A DNA stretch of 64,000 bases from NCBI GenBank assembly GCA_964016885.1, contig OZ024743.1:27714001-27778000 (forward strand). Direction: 5' to 3'. Shown piece after piece: positions 37,896 to 51,624 of this stretch. How positions within the stretch are numbered: the first letter of the stretch is position 1; the number at the start of each line of letters is the position of its first letter. Both the position numbers and the translations under genes were made by a program. Source of the DNA: Eledone cirrhosa. Its lineage: Eukaryota. The notes below the pieces were generated by a model. That model saw only the letters and a program-made list of their open reading frames with translations. It was not told the origin of the DNA and ran no database searches.

Positions 37896-38159
37896 GGGAG
37901 ACATGATATGAAACTTAAAAGACACTTGCGAGCAGTGAAGTGTTAAATCAACATATTAAAAATAAAGTAAGAGATTGGGGAAAAAAGGAAGAGGGAGAGA
38001 AGGAAAAGGTAAGGAAGAGGAAGAAAGAAAATAAAGGATGACGGGGGAGGAGTATAAGAAGGAAGGAGGAGAGAGGAGGAGAAATGAGTGAGAGAGAGAT
38101 AGCCTTTAATACTGAGAAATACTGTCTCACAGAGAAAATAAAAAAAAAACGTTGTAAGA

Positions 38160-39623
38160 CTAGAGCTGATACTTCCAACAATTTTCATATCACAATAGGT
38201 TCGTCGGATTCAGCCCAATTGACGGACTTGATTAGTATCTTTATTTTGAATTCTTTAAATCGGAAAATTCCTCAACTTGGCGGTGGAATTTATCTTGACG
38301 ATGCCCTTTTTACTGTCTTAATCTGTAACTTAGTTAACCTTAATATTATTAAGAATAATATACTTGATGTATTTAAGCACCATAACCTAACAATTGAATT
38401 TGAAAACAACATCAAACTAGCTAACTTCCTGGATATATCCCTTAATCTTGACACCAGTCTATATTACCCTTACCATAAAGACAATGAGAATCTAAATTAT
38501 GTTAATTTTAAATCTAATCACCCCACTAACGTTAAAAATGCTATAGTCAGTAATGTTGGAAAAAGAATCTCAAATCTATCCTCTAATAAAGTTATCTTCG
38601 ACGCTAATGCCAATTATTATAATAATGCGTTTTACAAAGTCGGTTATCCTGATAAAATTAAATATAATAAAGAAACCAATCATCGAAGGACTTATAGTAA
38701 AATAGTTAGTTATGAACATTCCAATAACTTAAATAAAAGACCTAGATACAAAAATATGATTTGGTCCCACGCTCCTTTTTCTCTATAGTAATATTCCTAA
38801 ACTATTTTTAAGGGCCTTAGATAAATGATTCCCTCCCTCGCATATCTATAGTAAGATCTTTAACAAACATACAATCAAATTCTCTTATTCCACCACTTCC
38901 AACATCTCTAACATTATCTCTAAACATAATAATAAAATATTAAATAATAAATTATGTCCATCCAACACTGAGCGTCATAATAATAGCAATAGTAAACCCG
39001 ACGTCAATGTTAACTCTAGGCTAGATTCAGTAAATTTCTATACGACGTCAAACGTAACTTTGTCGAATGTTCATAACACCAATCTAAATCAGGAAACTAT
39101 AGTACCTATCGTAAATAACTTCTCCAATCCAATTCCTTCTATAAATAATACTAGGCCACTTGTTAATAACTCTGGTATTTTCTCTAATCGTAATTGTAAT
39201 TGCCCTGTTAGAACTAAATGTCCTCTTAATAACCAATGTCTTGATAAACATTTAGTGTATGAATGTAAGTTTATAATTGGTACTAATTCTTTTACGTATT
39301 TTGGTTCCACTTCCACTTCCTTTAAAGCAAGATTTTATAATCACAATTCGTCTTTTAAATACCAACTTAAAAGAACTATCACGGCACTCTCAGAACTCAT
39401 ATGGTCCTTAAAAGACAAAAATATTAACTACAACATCTCTTGGAGGAAGGTTTGCAACGCCTATCCTTACCGGAATTCTTCCCTATCCAGAACATGTAAT
39501 CTCTGCCTAGCCGAGAAATTTACCATTATCTCTAATTTTAATTCTATAATAAATAGATATACGGATTTATTTTCGCTCTGCTTGCATAAATCCCATAGAA
39601 CTTTTCATAAAGTATACAGCTAA
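38160..39623 (+). pseudogene. Naiad-type PLE RT-thumb-GIY-YIG polyprotein; partial, with a frameshift near 38785 and an in-frame TGA at 38826
   Basis: RT motifs FHITIGSSDSAQLTDL, GIYLDD, NFLDISLNL, YVNFKSNHP, KIFNKHTIKFSYS. Endonuclease motifs CNC..CPLNNQC..VYEC..YFGST..FKARFYNH, TALSELIW, CNLCLAEK, CLH. Confidence 0.88.
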
Positions 39624-40563
39624 TATCTCAATACCTAATTAGTTTAAAATCTTCTTTTCTCAAACGCTTTTATATCTTTTACAAATATACCCATCTTTCT
39701 ACCTTATTTCAGTATATTATATTATACAATTTACTCATTCTATTTTTCTTCTTTTTTATACTTTTTTCCTTTCTTCCTTTTTATCTTTTTGAATTTCTAA
39801 TCTATAATCTGTAACTTTTACTTCTCAATTACTTCTTAATTCATATTATTACTCACTTTAGCATTTTCCTTATATTCTTGGCCATACAAACTATATTTTT
39901 AATATATACTAATATTACCATTAGTAAATTTTGTAAACATATATATATATTTTGACGTTATATTTTTCTTCCTTAAATTATATTCTTTCTTCTCTCCCTC
40001 CGTGCTCGTATTAAACCTATTATTTACTTTTTCATATTACAATACATATAAAAAATCTTAAACCCTCACTAATTCCTCTAAGTTCATAATTCATTTAATC
40101 TCTTCCTCATTCACTATTTCTATTTTAATAATACATATTAATAAATTCCTTTTCGCACATATTATTAAACCCTTCAATATATAAACCTTAAATAAATACT
40201 ATTCTTGAATTCCTTTTTCTTTAATCATAAACATCACCATTCATAATCCTAATTAACTTTTAATTTCAATTTTTTTTTAAATATGTATTATCTTACAACG
40301 TTTTTTTTTTATTTTCTCTGTGAGACAGTGTTTCTCAGTATTAAGGGCTATCTCTCTCACTCATTTCTCCTCCTCTCTCATCCTTCCTTCTTATACCCCT
40401 CCCCCGTCATCCTTTATTTTCTTTCTTCCTCTTCCTTACCTTTTCCTTCCCCCCTCCTCCTTTTATTTCCCAATCTCATATATCCATCTTACTTTATTTT
40501 TCATATGTTGATTTAACACTTCACTGCTCGCAAGTGTTTTTTAAGCTTCATATCATGTCTCCC

Positions 40564-40634
40564 TATTTTATCTGATGAGAACGCAAATATCATCCCATAA
40601 TTATATTTGTTTTTGAAATGCGCATAATAAAATA
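40564..40634 (+). ncRNA. Minimal type I hammerhead ribozyme in the Naiad pLTR
   Basis: tattttat CTGATGA stem II GAAA tgcgca TA ataaaata. Stem I pairs over 8 bp and stem III is the palindrome TGCGCA. Confidence 0.85.
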
Positions 40635-40656
40635 CATGCAACTCTTTTAACCATCT

Positions 40657-40690
<34 letters not shown>

Positions 40691-41469
40691 TATATTTGAC
40701 CGAAAAGGAAGTTTTATCTACAGTAACGAAATTCTTAAAACAGTTTCTTTTAATATTCTAACAACGAACACTTGAACACTTGAACAACATATCTGTTTAT
40801 GCATGAATTTCGTAGTTTCTTAGTGTGATATACAATGGCTTTTAATTTAAGTTTGGCTTCGTATTTGAAAACATCTGGGTTTTATTTTTTCTTTCCTGCC
40901 TCCAGATCCAAACTACCCTTATGTGAATTACACCATTCTACTTTTGCCTTTTTAAATTCGCGATCTGTTTACAAAAGCCTTTGATGCATTATTCTGTCAT
41001 CGTAAGTGCTACCTTACAGCACTAAATAGTCTCCTAAATCAAAGTTTTCCGAAACGTGCTCTGAAAAGGGAAAAGGTCCAGATATTCCCCAAACTTTTCC
41101 CTATTACCTTCAAATTAAACATCAGATAATATACAGTAATTTATGCGAACGGCAATCATATAGACCTCACTTCTCGTTCAGAAATTGCATAATATACATA
41201 AACTATTTATCTTGCTCTATTCAAAAGAAATGAAACATATAATGGGGCCTACACGTCTTTTTTCATATTTTGAATCGCAATTATTCAGCACAGCTGGAGA
41301 ATCAGCTGCATTTATAACAAGGAGTGTCTTTAACTCGTTACATGACAAATACCACAGCGGATTCCTTCAATAAACACACGCTATCAGTTTCTTGTCAAAT
41401 GTATATGTGTTTTACTTGTGTATGTTGTACATACATACATACATGGATACATACATAAATACATACATA

Positions 41470-41731
41470 CATGGTGGCTGCCAACTCGTTTTCGAGTACA
41501 GTCACTACTTTATATCCATGTAGGAGAACCCCTACCGATAGCGCTGAACGAGTGTGGCTTTTTAGTCCAGCCAGCGACTTGAACACTCTGGTACAAACAC
41601 TACACTTGTGACAATTATTGACACATAGTGCTGGGCCCATGGTACCATGTGACGACAAGTGCTGACAGATCTCCAGATATAAAGTAATGCTTGTGCCGTG
41701 AAGCTTTTATAGTGAGCAAAGGCACTGCACA
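41470..41731 (-). mobile_element. Family X, 5'-truncated copy
   Basis: 3' 260 bp of family X in reverse orientation. Confidence 0.75.
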
Positions 41732-41771
41732 TACATACTTACATACTTACATACTTACATACATACATACT

Positions 41772-41838
<67 letters not shown>

Positions 41839-41918
41839 ATATAATATATATAATATACATATATATATAATATGATATAATATATATAATATACATATAC
41901 ATATATATCGTAAAGCAA

Positions 41919-41963
<45 letters not shown>

Positions 41964-42163
41964 TAGATAGATACACAGCTACATCCACACAATCAAACAC
42001 ATACATGTATATCTTTCTCTCTCTTGAGTTTATTTATATATATATATTTTATGTATTTATCTTTTATTTATTTATTTATCTTTCTTTCTGCTGATCTTTT
42101 TTCAAATATATATAAATATAAATATTAAGAAGAAGAGGGGAGAGAGAGAGAGAGAGGGAGATT

Positions 42164-42244
<81 letters not shown>

Positions 42245-42555
42245 AAGAGAGGGAGAGACTGCATTGATTTCGTCTAGGGCTGTACCTCAAAACATTTGAT
42301 AAACTATAAAATACAATAGAATAACTACATGGTATTGAGGTGAAACGCTTCAGAACATGATTGCAATTTACCAGTTGATAGACATAGTTTGAAACAATGA
42401 ATTGATTTAAAATTGTAATAATGTCAGAAGTTATACAACTTGGTGTCAAATTGTTAAACCTTTAGTGATTTAGATTGTGGTGTATAAAACACAACACATG
42501 GAGTAATTTAATAAATTTAACATACAAACACACACACACATATATATATATATTA

Positions 42556-42628
<73 letters not shown>

Positions 42629-42632
<4 letters not shown>

Positions 42633-43060
42633 TAAACGGAATAGAAAATGCTGACAAATTGTTCACAGTTGAAAAATGGTTTAATTAGGAATAAAAGAGT
42701 ATTAGTGATTGTATGGGTTAGTATTCAGTTGTGGTTTTAAGTGTTTAAGTTTTTACCGGTTGCGCATTTCTAAATGCTTTTCAAAAATAATTTTGAGATA
42801 GAGTGTCCGTGCTGTTTGCTCTGATCAGAGCAAACAGCACGGACACTCTATCTCAAAATTATTTTTGAAAAGCATTTAGAAATGCGCAACCGGTAAAAAC
42901 TTAAACACTTAAAACCACAACTGAATACTAACCCATACAATCACTAATACTCTTTTATTCCTAATTAAACCATTTTTCAACTGTGAACAATTTGTCAGCA
43001 TTTTCTATTCCGTTTACCAATATATAATAACTTGTGTGTTACACCTCTATTCTTTTAACT
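42629..43060. repeat. Spacerless palindrome with 196 bp arms; relative of the U3-A8 family
   Basis: Centre ctga|tcag at 42824/42825. Arms 42629-42824 and 42825-43020. HHR-like ttgaaaa gcatt taga aatgc gcaa ccgg ta aaa. Confidence 0.9.
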
Positions 43061-43372
43061 ATATATATATATATATATCAACTAGAAATTGATTGACATA
43101 TATATATATATATCTAAAATAAACATATGAAACAATCACAGGGAATAATTTGTAAAAGTGTGTAAGCACACATAGACAGGTAGGTAACTAATTAAAGTTT
43201 AACTAGAACTTTAAAAATAGATACGTTATAAATTGATTAATCTTCTTGTATATATTTCATTAAAGAAATATATTTCACCATTAATCGATCAGTAAACCAC
43301 AGTAGCCAAATTACGAATTTTCAACAAGAGAGAAGATCTAACTATTTGTGTTTACACAACAAATTTAAATCT

Positions 43373-43609
43373 GCTTTTCAAAAATAATTTTGAGATAGAG
43401 TGCTCGTGATTTTTACTCTAATCGATTAGAGCAAAAATCACGAGCACTCTATCTCAAATTTATTTTTGAAAAGCATAAGAAATGCGCAACCGGTAAAAGC
43501 TTAAAACTAAAACTGAATACTAACTAATACTTATTACTAATTTATATTTATTCGTAATTAAACTATTTTTCAGTGGGAAAAATTTGTCAGTATTTTCTTT
43601 TCCTTTTTA

Positions 43610-43612
<3 letters not shown>
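43373..43612 (+). repeat. Second, diverged fold-back copy of the same family
   Basis: Centre taatc|gatta at 43423/43424. The right arm is homologous to 42825-43020. Confidence 0.8.
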
Positions 43613-43664
<52 letters not shown>

Positions 43665-43668
43665 CACG

Positions 43669-43733
<65 letters not shown>

Positions 43734-43796
43734 GCATATATATACTTGTATATATATACATGTATATGTATATAAATATATGTATATATAGATATA

Positions 43797-44684
43797 TACG
43801 AGGTGTGTCAGAAAAGTTCCAGGACTGATGTCACAAAAGATTTATTTCAAACCCAAACTTCACACTAAGAGTTTTCTCCTTCAAAGTAATCCCCCTGGAA
43901 TATGTAACTGTAATCTTGGCTCTCTGCAGCGATCAAAATGTTTTTTCATAATTTTATATACATATCCTCTGTTTCAGGTCGTCAAGCAATGAGCACAGAG
44001 CAACGAACAAACTTGAAGTTTCTGGTACGGTTGGGGAAAACTCCGTCAGAAACACTGGGATTGCAGCAGCAAGTGTATGAAGATAAGACGATGTCACGCT
44101 CACGTGTTTTTGAGTGGTGCAAGATGACTCCAGGAGCGGAAGGCCCTCAACAACCAGGACTGAGGTCAACGTTCAGCGCGTAGGCAGATGGTGCGTAGCA
44201 ATCGTCGGCTGACTGTTCGACTGATGGCAAATGAGCTGGGCATGAATCGAGACAGCATCTGGAAGATTCTCACTGAAGATTTGGACATGCGGAAAGTCTG
44301 CGCGAAGATGGTGCCAAAACTGCTGAACGATGACCAGAAGGGTCGACGCATGCAAGTGTGCCAGGACATCCTTGAGGGTCTTGAAACCTTTCCAGACTTG
44401 CTAGGGACAGTCATCACCGGTGATAAGTCATGGGTCTTCGAGTACGAGCCGGAGGGGACCCGTTTTGTAGATGTGGACGACATCAAAAAGGCTGTGACGA
44501 CGGAAGTGCGGAGGATCCCGGAAGAATCCTTCCAGGAGTGCAAGCAAGCGTGACAGAAAAGGATGGAAAAGGGCATTAGACTCCAGGGGGATTACTTTGA
44601 AGGAGAAAATTCTTAGTGTGAAGTTTGGGTTTGAAATAAATCTTTTGTGACATCAGTCCTGGAACTTTTCTGACACACCTCATA
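43797..44684 (+). mobile_element. Internally deleted mariner transposon with 103 bp TIRs
   Basis: TIRs at 43797-43899 and 44582-44684, TA flanks. EQRTNLKFLVRLGK, RSGRP, KVCAKMVPKLL, ITGDKSW, GDYFEG. The second and third catalytic Asp regions are deleted. Confidence 0.92.
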
Positions 44685-44761
44685 TATATCGTATATATCT
44701 GTATATGTATATATATAAATATATGTGTTAAAAGTCATAACATGAAATGTAATGTACGTTG

Positions 44762-44814
<53 letters not shown>

Positions 44815-45305
44815 TTATTTATATCATATCAACGTACATTAGATTTTATGTTAAAACTTTTAACACACTTTTTTATCATATAGGTTGTAATGAATTTCCA
44901 TCTTTCTTGCCGTTAGGTATCGTCCATCAAATATTTCTATAATATATCTTACTAATTACAATAGAAACATAAATCATAAATCATAAACATTAGACATATG
45001 CATGAATAAATGCAAACATTATAACGCAAATCCTTCCCACCCAGATATACATCAACACTGTCAGTGTGATAGCTATGTGTTTGATCGTCTGCTAGTTTGT
45101 ATGTAACTACAGCACAATGAACGTGCTAATAATTTATCCGAGAGTCGCAATTTAATATAGATAAAATACTATAAGATCCGTTGGCTTGAGTTTAATTTAT
45201 TTAAAGTTGCATTAAGTTAATGTATGTATGTATGTATGTATGTATGTATGTATGTATGTATGTATGTATGTATGTATGTATGTATGTATGTATGTATGTA
45301 TAAAT

Positions 45306-45913
45306 GTCAGGTCACCAGTTGGTGCTACTGGTAACATGTATTCCAGTACAACCTGTCCCATGGTCGGGTCGTTGGCGACTAAACTGGCAACCCCACCAAG
45401 GTTTCTTGGTGATGAGGGTGACTTTGGACATTCTGCAGGACTAAAAACAAAACCTGTCAAAGGGCAAAGGAGCTCTTAAGAGTCAATGGCCATCCAAAAT
45501 CACCGGGAGAGATGACCCCTTAGCCTTTGTCAAGGCAGAATTCTAGGAGAAGGAAAACTCTGATATAACACCTGCAACCCTGATGGTATTCAATGATGTT
45601 GACTTGTTCTTCTTTTTGGTAAATATCATCTTGGTTAAGAGAGTGGGACTGGCTTTGTGCAGTGCCTTTGCTCACTATTAAAGCTTCACGGCAGAGGCAT
45701 TGCTTTATATCTGGAGATCTCTCTGCACTTGTCGTCACATGGTACCATGGGCCCAGCACTGTGTGTCAGTAATTGTCACAAGTGTAGTGTTTGTACCAGA
45801 GTTTTCAAGTCGCTGGCTGGACTGAAGTCGCACTCGTTCAGCGCATCGGTAGGGGTTCTCCTACATGGATATAAAGTAGTGGCCGTACTCGAAAACGAGT
45901 TGGCATTCACCAT
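45306..45913 (+). mobile_element. About 610 bp non-autonomous RTE-derived bipartite element, family X, full length
   Basis: RTE-like 5' motif ggagaaggaaaactctgat, C2H2 remnant CSVCTRVFKSLAGLKSH and a (TATG)n tail. Confidence 0.75.
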
Positions 45914-45985
45914 GTATTTATGTATGTATTTATGTATGTATATATGTATGTACGTAGATATGTATGTATGTATGTATTTATGTAT

Positions 45986-46360
45986 GTTCTCCTGGTTTTA
46001 TAATTTCACAAAGTTTTACCAATAGAGAGAGAGTCGGTTTCTAACATAGACACAAGACTCTCTCATTGGAATTTACACAACATCAACTAGGTAGATATGT
46101 ATGTATGTATGCATGCATGCATGTGTAGATATGGATGTTATTGTATGTGTGGATGTGTATGTTTTGAGTTGTATGTGTGCATGTGCATATGCTTTGCATC
46201 TGTACATGTGTATATGCAGTTATTAGATGCAACATTTTTGGAATGTTTTACATATTTTTACTGTTCCATTAATGGATTGTACTTGTAATTTCCTAACTAG
46301 TTGTGTTCTTTATGTTCCTGTGAAGCTTCTCAAGATTTGTATTGAGGCAGTTACTAACAT
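45986..46360 (-). mobile_element. R4/Dong 3' fragment
   Basis: Reverse complement of about 50520-50883. Confidence 0.8.
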
Positions 46361-46563
46361 GTAGTTACTAACTATGTATGTATGTATGTATGTATTTATG
46401 TATGCATGTATGTATTTAAGTATGTATGTATGTATGTATGTATTCATGTATGAATGTACGTACACATGTATGTAAGTATGTATGTATGTGCGTATGTATG
46501 TACGTACATATATATGTACGTATGTATGTATGCATTTATGTATGTATGTATTTATGTATGTAC

Positions 46564-47022
46564 GTTCTTCTGGTTTTATAATTTTGGAAATGTTTACCAA
46601 TAGAATGAGAGTCGGTTTCTAACATAGAGACAAGATTCTTTAATTGGAATTTAGATAGCATCAACTAGCATCAACGTGCATGCGTGTGGACGTATGAATG
46701 TTATTGTATGTGTGGATATGTATGTTTTGAATTATGTGTGTGCATGTGTATATGCATTGCATGTCTACATGTGTACATAAAGCTTATAGATGCAGAATTT
46801 TGGAATGTTTTACATATTTTTACTGTTCCATTAATGGATTGTACTTGTAATTTCCTAACTAGTCGTGATCTTTCTGTTTCTGTGAAGTCCAGTTTCTCAA
46901 GATTTCTACTGAGGCACTTACTAATACATCCCAGTGCCCCAATACTCACAGGTATAATCTGAAGGTATAGTCTAGGTGAAGTATCTACTGCCTTCTCATT
47001 AGTTCTAGATAGATATTCTCCT
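46564..47022 (-). mobile_element. R4/Dong 3' fragment
   Basis: SIGALGCIS..LVRKLQVQSINGTVKICKTF plus the same 3' UTR. Confidence 0.82.
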
Positions 47023-47169
47023 ATGTATGTATGTATGTATGTATGTATGTATGTATGTATGTATGTATGTATGTATGTATGTATGTATGTATGTATGTTT
47101 GTATGTATGTATGTATTTATGTATGTATGTATGTATGCATGTATGTATGTATGTATGTATGTATGTATG

Positions 47170-47860
47170 GATAACTCCGATATAAAACGTTCGGCTCAGT
47201 AGTTACCGATGATGTTGATCTTTTCTTTTTTTCGGGTTATAGCTACTGTCGTTCAGAGAGTGGGATTGGCTCGGTGCACAGTCTTTCCTCACTTTAATAA
47301 AAAATATTCACACGCAGGCATTGCATGATAGAATTTATTAATAATGGTATATCGTGCAATGGCCATACTCGATACCGAGGGGGCAACCATCATGATCATC
47401 ATGTATGTATAAGATTGGGAAACTCTGAAAAAAAAAGAAACCAGTGGCTTCGGAAGAATCCGATGATGTTGACCGGTTCTCCTTTTCGGGTAGTGTTTTC
47501 GATACTCAGAGAGTGACATTGGTTGAGTGCAAGGCCTTTCCCCACTTAAAAAAACCTTCAAAGCACAGGTATTGCATGTTCAGGATATGTTACAGGTTGG
47601 CCGTAGCCTAAAGGTGCACCAAACTCTATAATCTGACAAACGATTGCAGTTCTCCTTTTCGGGTAGTGTTTTCAATGCTCAGAGAGTGGGATTGGTCGAG
47701 TGCAAGGCCATTCCCCACTTAAATAAACCTTCAAAGCACAGGCTTTGATTGTTCAGGTTATTTTACAGGTTCATGTGACTGGCCGTAGCCTAAAAGTGCA
47801 CCAAACTCTATAATCTGACAAAGGATTGCAATATTCTTTGCAGAGATTGCAGCCTTCATG
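47170..47860 (+). mobile_element. Tandem RTE-derived elements (47170-47403 and about 47415-47860, the latter internally duplicated)
   Basis: Same central motif and 3' end. 47170-47403 matches 7437-7628 (-). Confidence 0.65.
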
Positions 47861-47869
47861 TATGCATTT

Positions 47870-48525
47870 TTTTTTTTTGCAAGATTCTTGTTGCGAAATC
47901 GTGTGTCGAAGCAGATATTGTTATATTTAGGTATGGTAATTTTACCATTAAAAAACACAGGCACTGTATGAATTCACTTCATCATTAGTAGCTTTTCGTT
48001 CTTTTGCTAAATCTTGCCGTCACTCATCCTGTGACTACCTCAATCAGTATTTGTTCTTCTTCTCTGTCTCCTCTTTTTTTTTGTCTTGTTCCGCTTACAC
48101 CGTCTTGTCTTCTGTGTTACGTTTTCCTGTCTGTGCACTGCGCATGAATTTGTGTCTGTGCCTGTGTAAGTCTCCATGTATTTTGCATGGGTATGTGTGT
48201 CTTGTTTGCGCGTGTATGTGGGCTTTTATATTCCACTATTTGCATGTGTCATCTTTTTTTTCTTCTCGTGTATCCTCGCGTGTTAAGACACACACACGTG
48301 CCAAACAGATAGACACACTAAAGTACAGGAGCCAGCGCATGCGCAGAGAAGATAACGTACCTCAGAAAGACAACGTGAAATAAACGGATCAAGACCAAAC
48401 GAAGAGAAAAAAGAAGTACTCATTGAAGAGGTTACCGTATGTGTGACGGAAGATATTTGACAAAATAAACAATAACTAATAATAATAAAATGAAAGTCAA
48501 ATAGCCTAGATTTTTTCTTCAAATA
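47870..48525. mobile_element. Old pLTR-like insert with diverged inverted arms, related to the 33780 element terminus
   Basis: Shares atcgtgtgtcgaa.ca..tattgttata with 33818-33845. Degenerate HHR-like motifs at about 48007-48050 (-) and about 48420-48460 (+). Confidence 0.45.
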
Positions 48526-48548
48526 TTAACAAACACACACACGCACAT

Positions 48549-48662
<114 letters not shown>

Positions 48663-48800
48663 CAAGTTAGATCTGTGTATATATTTACACATTCGGTAAT
48701 CGAGACTGCAACAATGCATATGTAAATATGCACATTTAGAATATCTAACGCACATCTTAATACATACATACACACACACACACATATATATATATATACA

Positions 48801-48854
<54 letters not shown>

Positions 48855-49114
48855 TTTATGTAGATATGTATGTGTGAATGTATATTCATACACATTTGAT
48901 GTGGTTTGGGGTTTAGTTTTCTTATAATATCATTACGTTATTCTCTTTTTTATAATGGTTATAACTTCCAGAGATTCGTTGACTGGATAATAAACGTATA
49001 AATTTTGTGTAATGAACGTAAAACATCATATTATATATAGTACTAGTTAGTGTTTTTGTGCATGTGTTGGACCTCCGTTGAAACAAGGGAATAGTCTACT
49101 TAAGAAATTAACAT

Positions 49115-49355
49115 AAAACTTGCTGAGCATTCCACGGTCTCGGCTTACAAAAATGTAATTGTCAGAAAGCTGCAGTGTGACGCACTGGGTGAAAGGTTGG
49201 AGCTTTGAGTTATACGTTCAACACCTTTTGGTCAACAAAGTGGAGCGAAGCAATGTGATATATAGTGTCTTGTTCAGGGACACATCGCGTCACCCAGAAT
49301 TGAATTTACCACCTTACGATCGTCAGTCATACACCCTGACAACTACGACATACGC
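49115..49355 (-). mobile_element. Decayed tRNA-derived CORE-like SINE
   Basis: Minus strand gtgtccctgaacaagacact after a degenerate tRNA-like head. A similar head lies at about 2185-2290 (+). Confidence 0.5.
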
Positions 49356-49358
49356 ATT

Positions 49359-49427
<69 letters not shown>

Positions 49428-49502
49428 CATTTATTTATTTATTGTAGAAAGGCTTCTACAAGACTAGAACTGTTTCCTTCCGGAGAAATCCTCATGTATG
49501 TT

Positions 49503-49669
<167 letters not shown>

Positions 49670-50359
49670 TATGTAGTTTGTATGTATGTATTTATGTATT
49701 TATGTATTTATGTATTATGTATTTATGTGTGCATAACACATGTATATAAGCACAAATATGCATATGTACATACATACATATATACATATATACATAATTG
49801 CACACATGCAACTCAAAACATACACATATACACATACAATAACATCCATATCTACACATGCAGGCATGCAGACATGCATACCTATCTACCTAGTTGATAT
49901 TGTGTAAATTTCAATGAGAGAGTCTTGTAACTATGTTAAAAACTAACTCTCTCTATTGGCAAAAATTTGTAAAATTATAAAACCACCAGAACATACATAC
50001 ATATATGCAATCATACAGACATAAATAAATAGATACATACATACATGAAATCGTACGTATATGCATACATACATACTTACATATATATATGCATACATAC
50101 ATGCAATCATACATACATGCATACATACATATATGCATGCATACATACAATCATACGACCAAAAATAAATAAATACATACATACATGAAATCGTACGTAC
50201 ACTCATGCATACATACTTAGACGCATGCATACATACTTACATATAAATGTATATATGTATGATTGCATACATACATACATACAATCATGCATACATACAT
50301 ACATACATACATACATACATACATACATACATACATACATACATACATACATACATACA

Positions 50360-50883
50360 TGCACAGTAGTGGAAGTTAGCTGCCCAGCAGATGCAAATAT
50401 AATATCAAAGATTAGCGAAAAGTAGAATATTTATGCAGAACTGATGAGAAATCTGCAGATACTCCACCCTGATTACACCTTCAGATTTATGCCTGTGATT
50501 ATTGGGGCACTGGGGTATTTTAGTAACTGCCTCAATACAAATCTTGATAAGATAGGCTTCACAGGAACAGAAGGAACACAACTAGTTAGGAAATTACAAG
50601 TACAATCCATTAATGGAACAGTAAAATTATGTAAAATATTCCAAATATTTTGCATCTAATAACTGCATATACACATGTACAGATACAAAATATATACACA
50701 TACACATATACAACTCAAAACATCCACATCCACACATACAATAACATCCATATCTACACATGCATGCATAAATAATCTACCTAGTTGATGTTGTGTAAAT
50801 TCCAATGAGAGAGTCTTGTGTCTATGTTAGAAACCGACTCTCTCTATTGGTAAAAAATGTTGAAATTATAAAACCAGAAGAAC
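50360..50883 (+). mobile_element. R4/Dong 3' fragment, second family
   Basis: VVEVSCPAD..EK..Y..PVIIGALG..GTVKLCK plus 3' UTR, ending in (ATAC)n. A UTR-only copy lies at about 49770-49992. Confidence 0.85.
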
Positions 50884-50992
50884 ATACATATATGCATACA
50901 TACATATATGTAATCATAAACATACAAACATTCATACATACATTCACACATTCATACATTCATACCTTCACACATTCATACATACATACATT

Positions 50993-51586
50993 CATGGTGG
51001 CTGCCAACTCGTTTTCGAGTACGGCCACTACTTTATATCCATGTAGGAGAACCCTACCAATGCGCTGAACGAGTGTGACTTTTTAGTCCAGCCAGCGACT
51101 TGAAAACTCTGGTACAAACACTACACTTGTGACAATTATTGACACATAGTGCTGGGCCCATGGTACCATGTGACGACAAGTGCAGAGAGATCTCCAGATA
51201 TAAAGCAATGCCTGTGCTGTGAAGCTTTTATAGTGAGCAAAGGCACTGCACAAAGCCAGTCCCACTCTCTTAACCAAGATGATATTTACCAAAAAGAAGA
51301 ACAATTCAACATCATTGGATACCATCAGGGTTGCAGGTGTTGTATCAGAGTTTTCCTTCTCCTAGAATTCTGCCTTGACAAAGGCTAAGGGGTCATCTCT
51401 CCCGGTGATTTTGGATGGCTATTCACTCTTAAGAGCCCCTTTGCCTTTTGACAGGTTTTGTTTTTAGTCCTGCAGGATGTCCAAAGCCACCCTCCTCACC
51501 AAGAAACCTTGGTGGGGTTGCCAGTTTAGTCGCCAACGACCCGACCATGAGACAGGTTGTACTGGGATACATGTTACCAGTAGCAC
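50993..51586 (-). mobile_element. Family X, near full-length copy
   Basis: Reverse complement of family X, in (ATAC)n. Confidence 0.78.
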
Positions 51587-51624
51587 TAATACATACATTC
51601 ATACATACATACATACATACATAC

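Larger units (their letters stand above)
37704..40657 (+). mobile_element. Naiad-type Penelope-like retroelement, 5'-truncated, with an inverted pLTR copy at its left end
   Basis: RT and GIY-YIG ORFs on +. About 37805-38159 is the reverse complement of about 40291-40655. An HHR lies in each arm. Flanked by (TG)n/(TA)n. Confidence 0.9.

Noticed and set aside
45380-45430. Twister ribozyme suggested by gaggaggg
   Set aside because: No matching UAA/P2 strand or GGUCCCAAGCCC-type loop could be fitted.
51477-51624. N-terminus of the 380 aa ORF
   Set aside because: Read-through from antisense family X and (ATAC)n. Only 51625 onward is LINE coding sequence.
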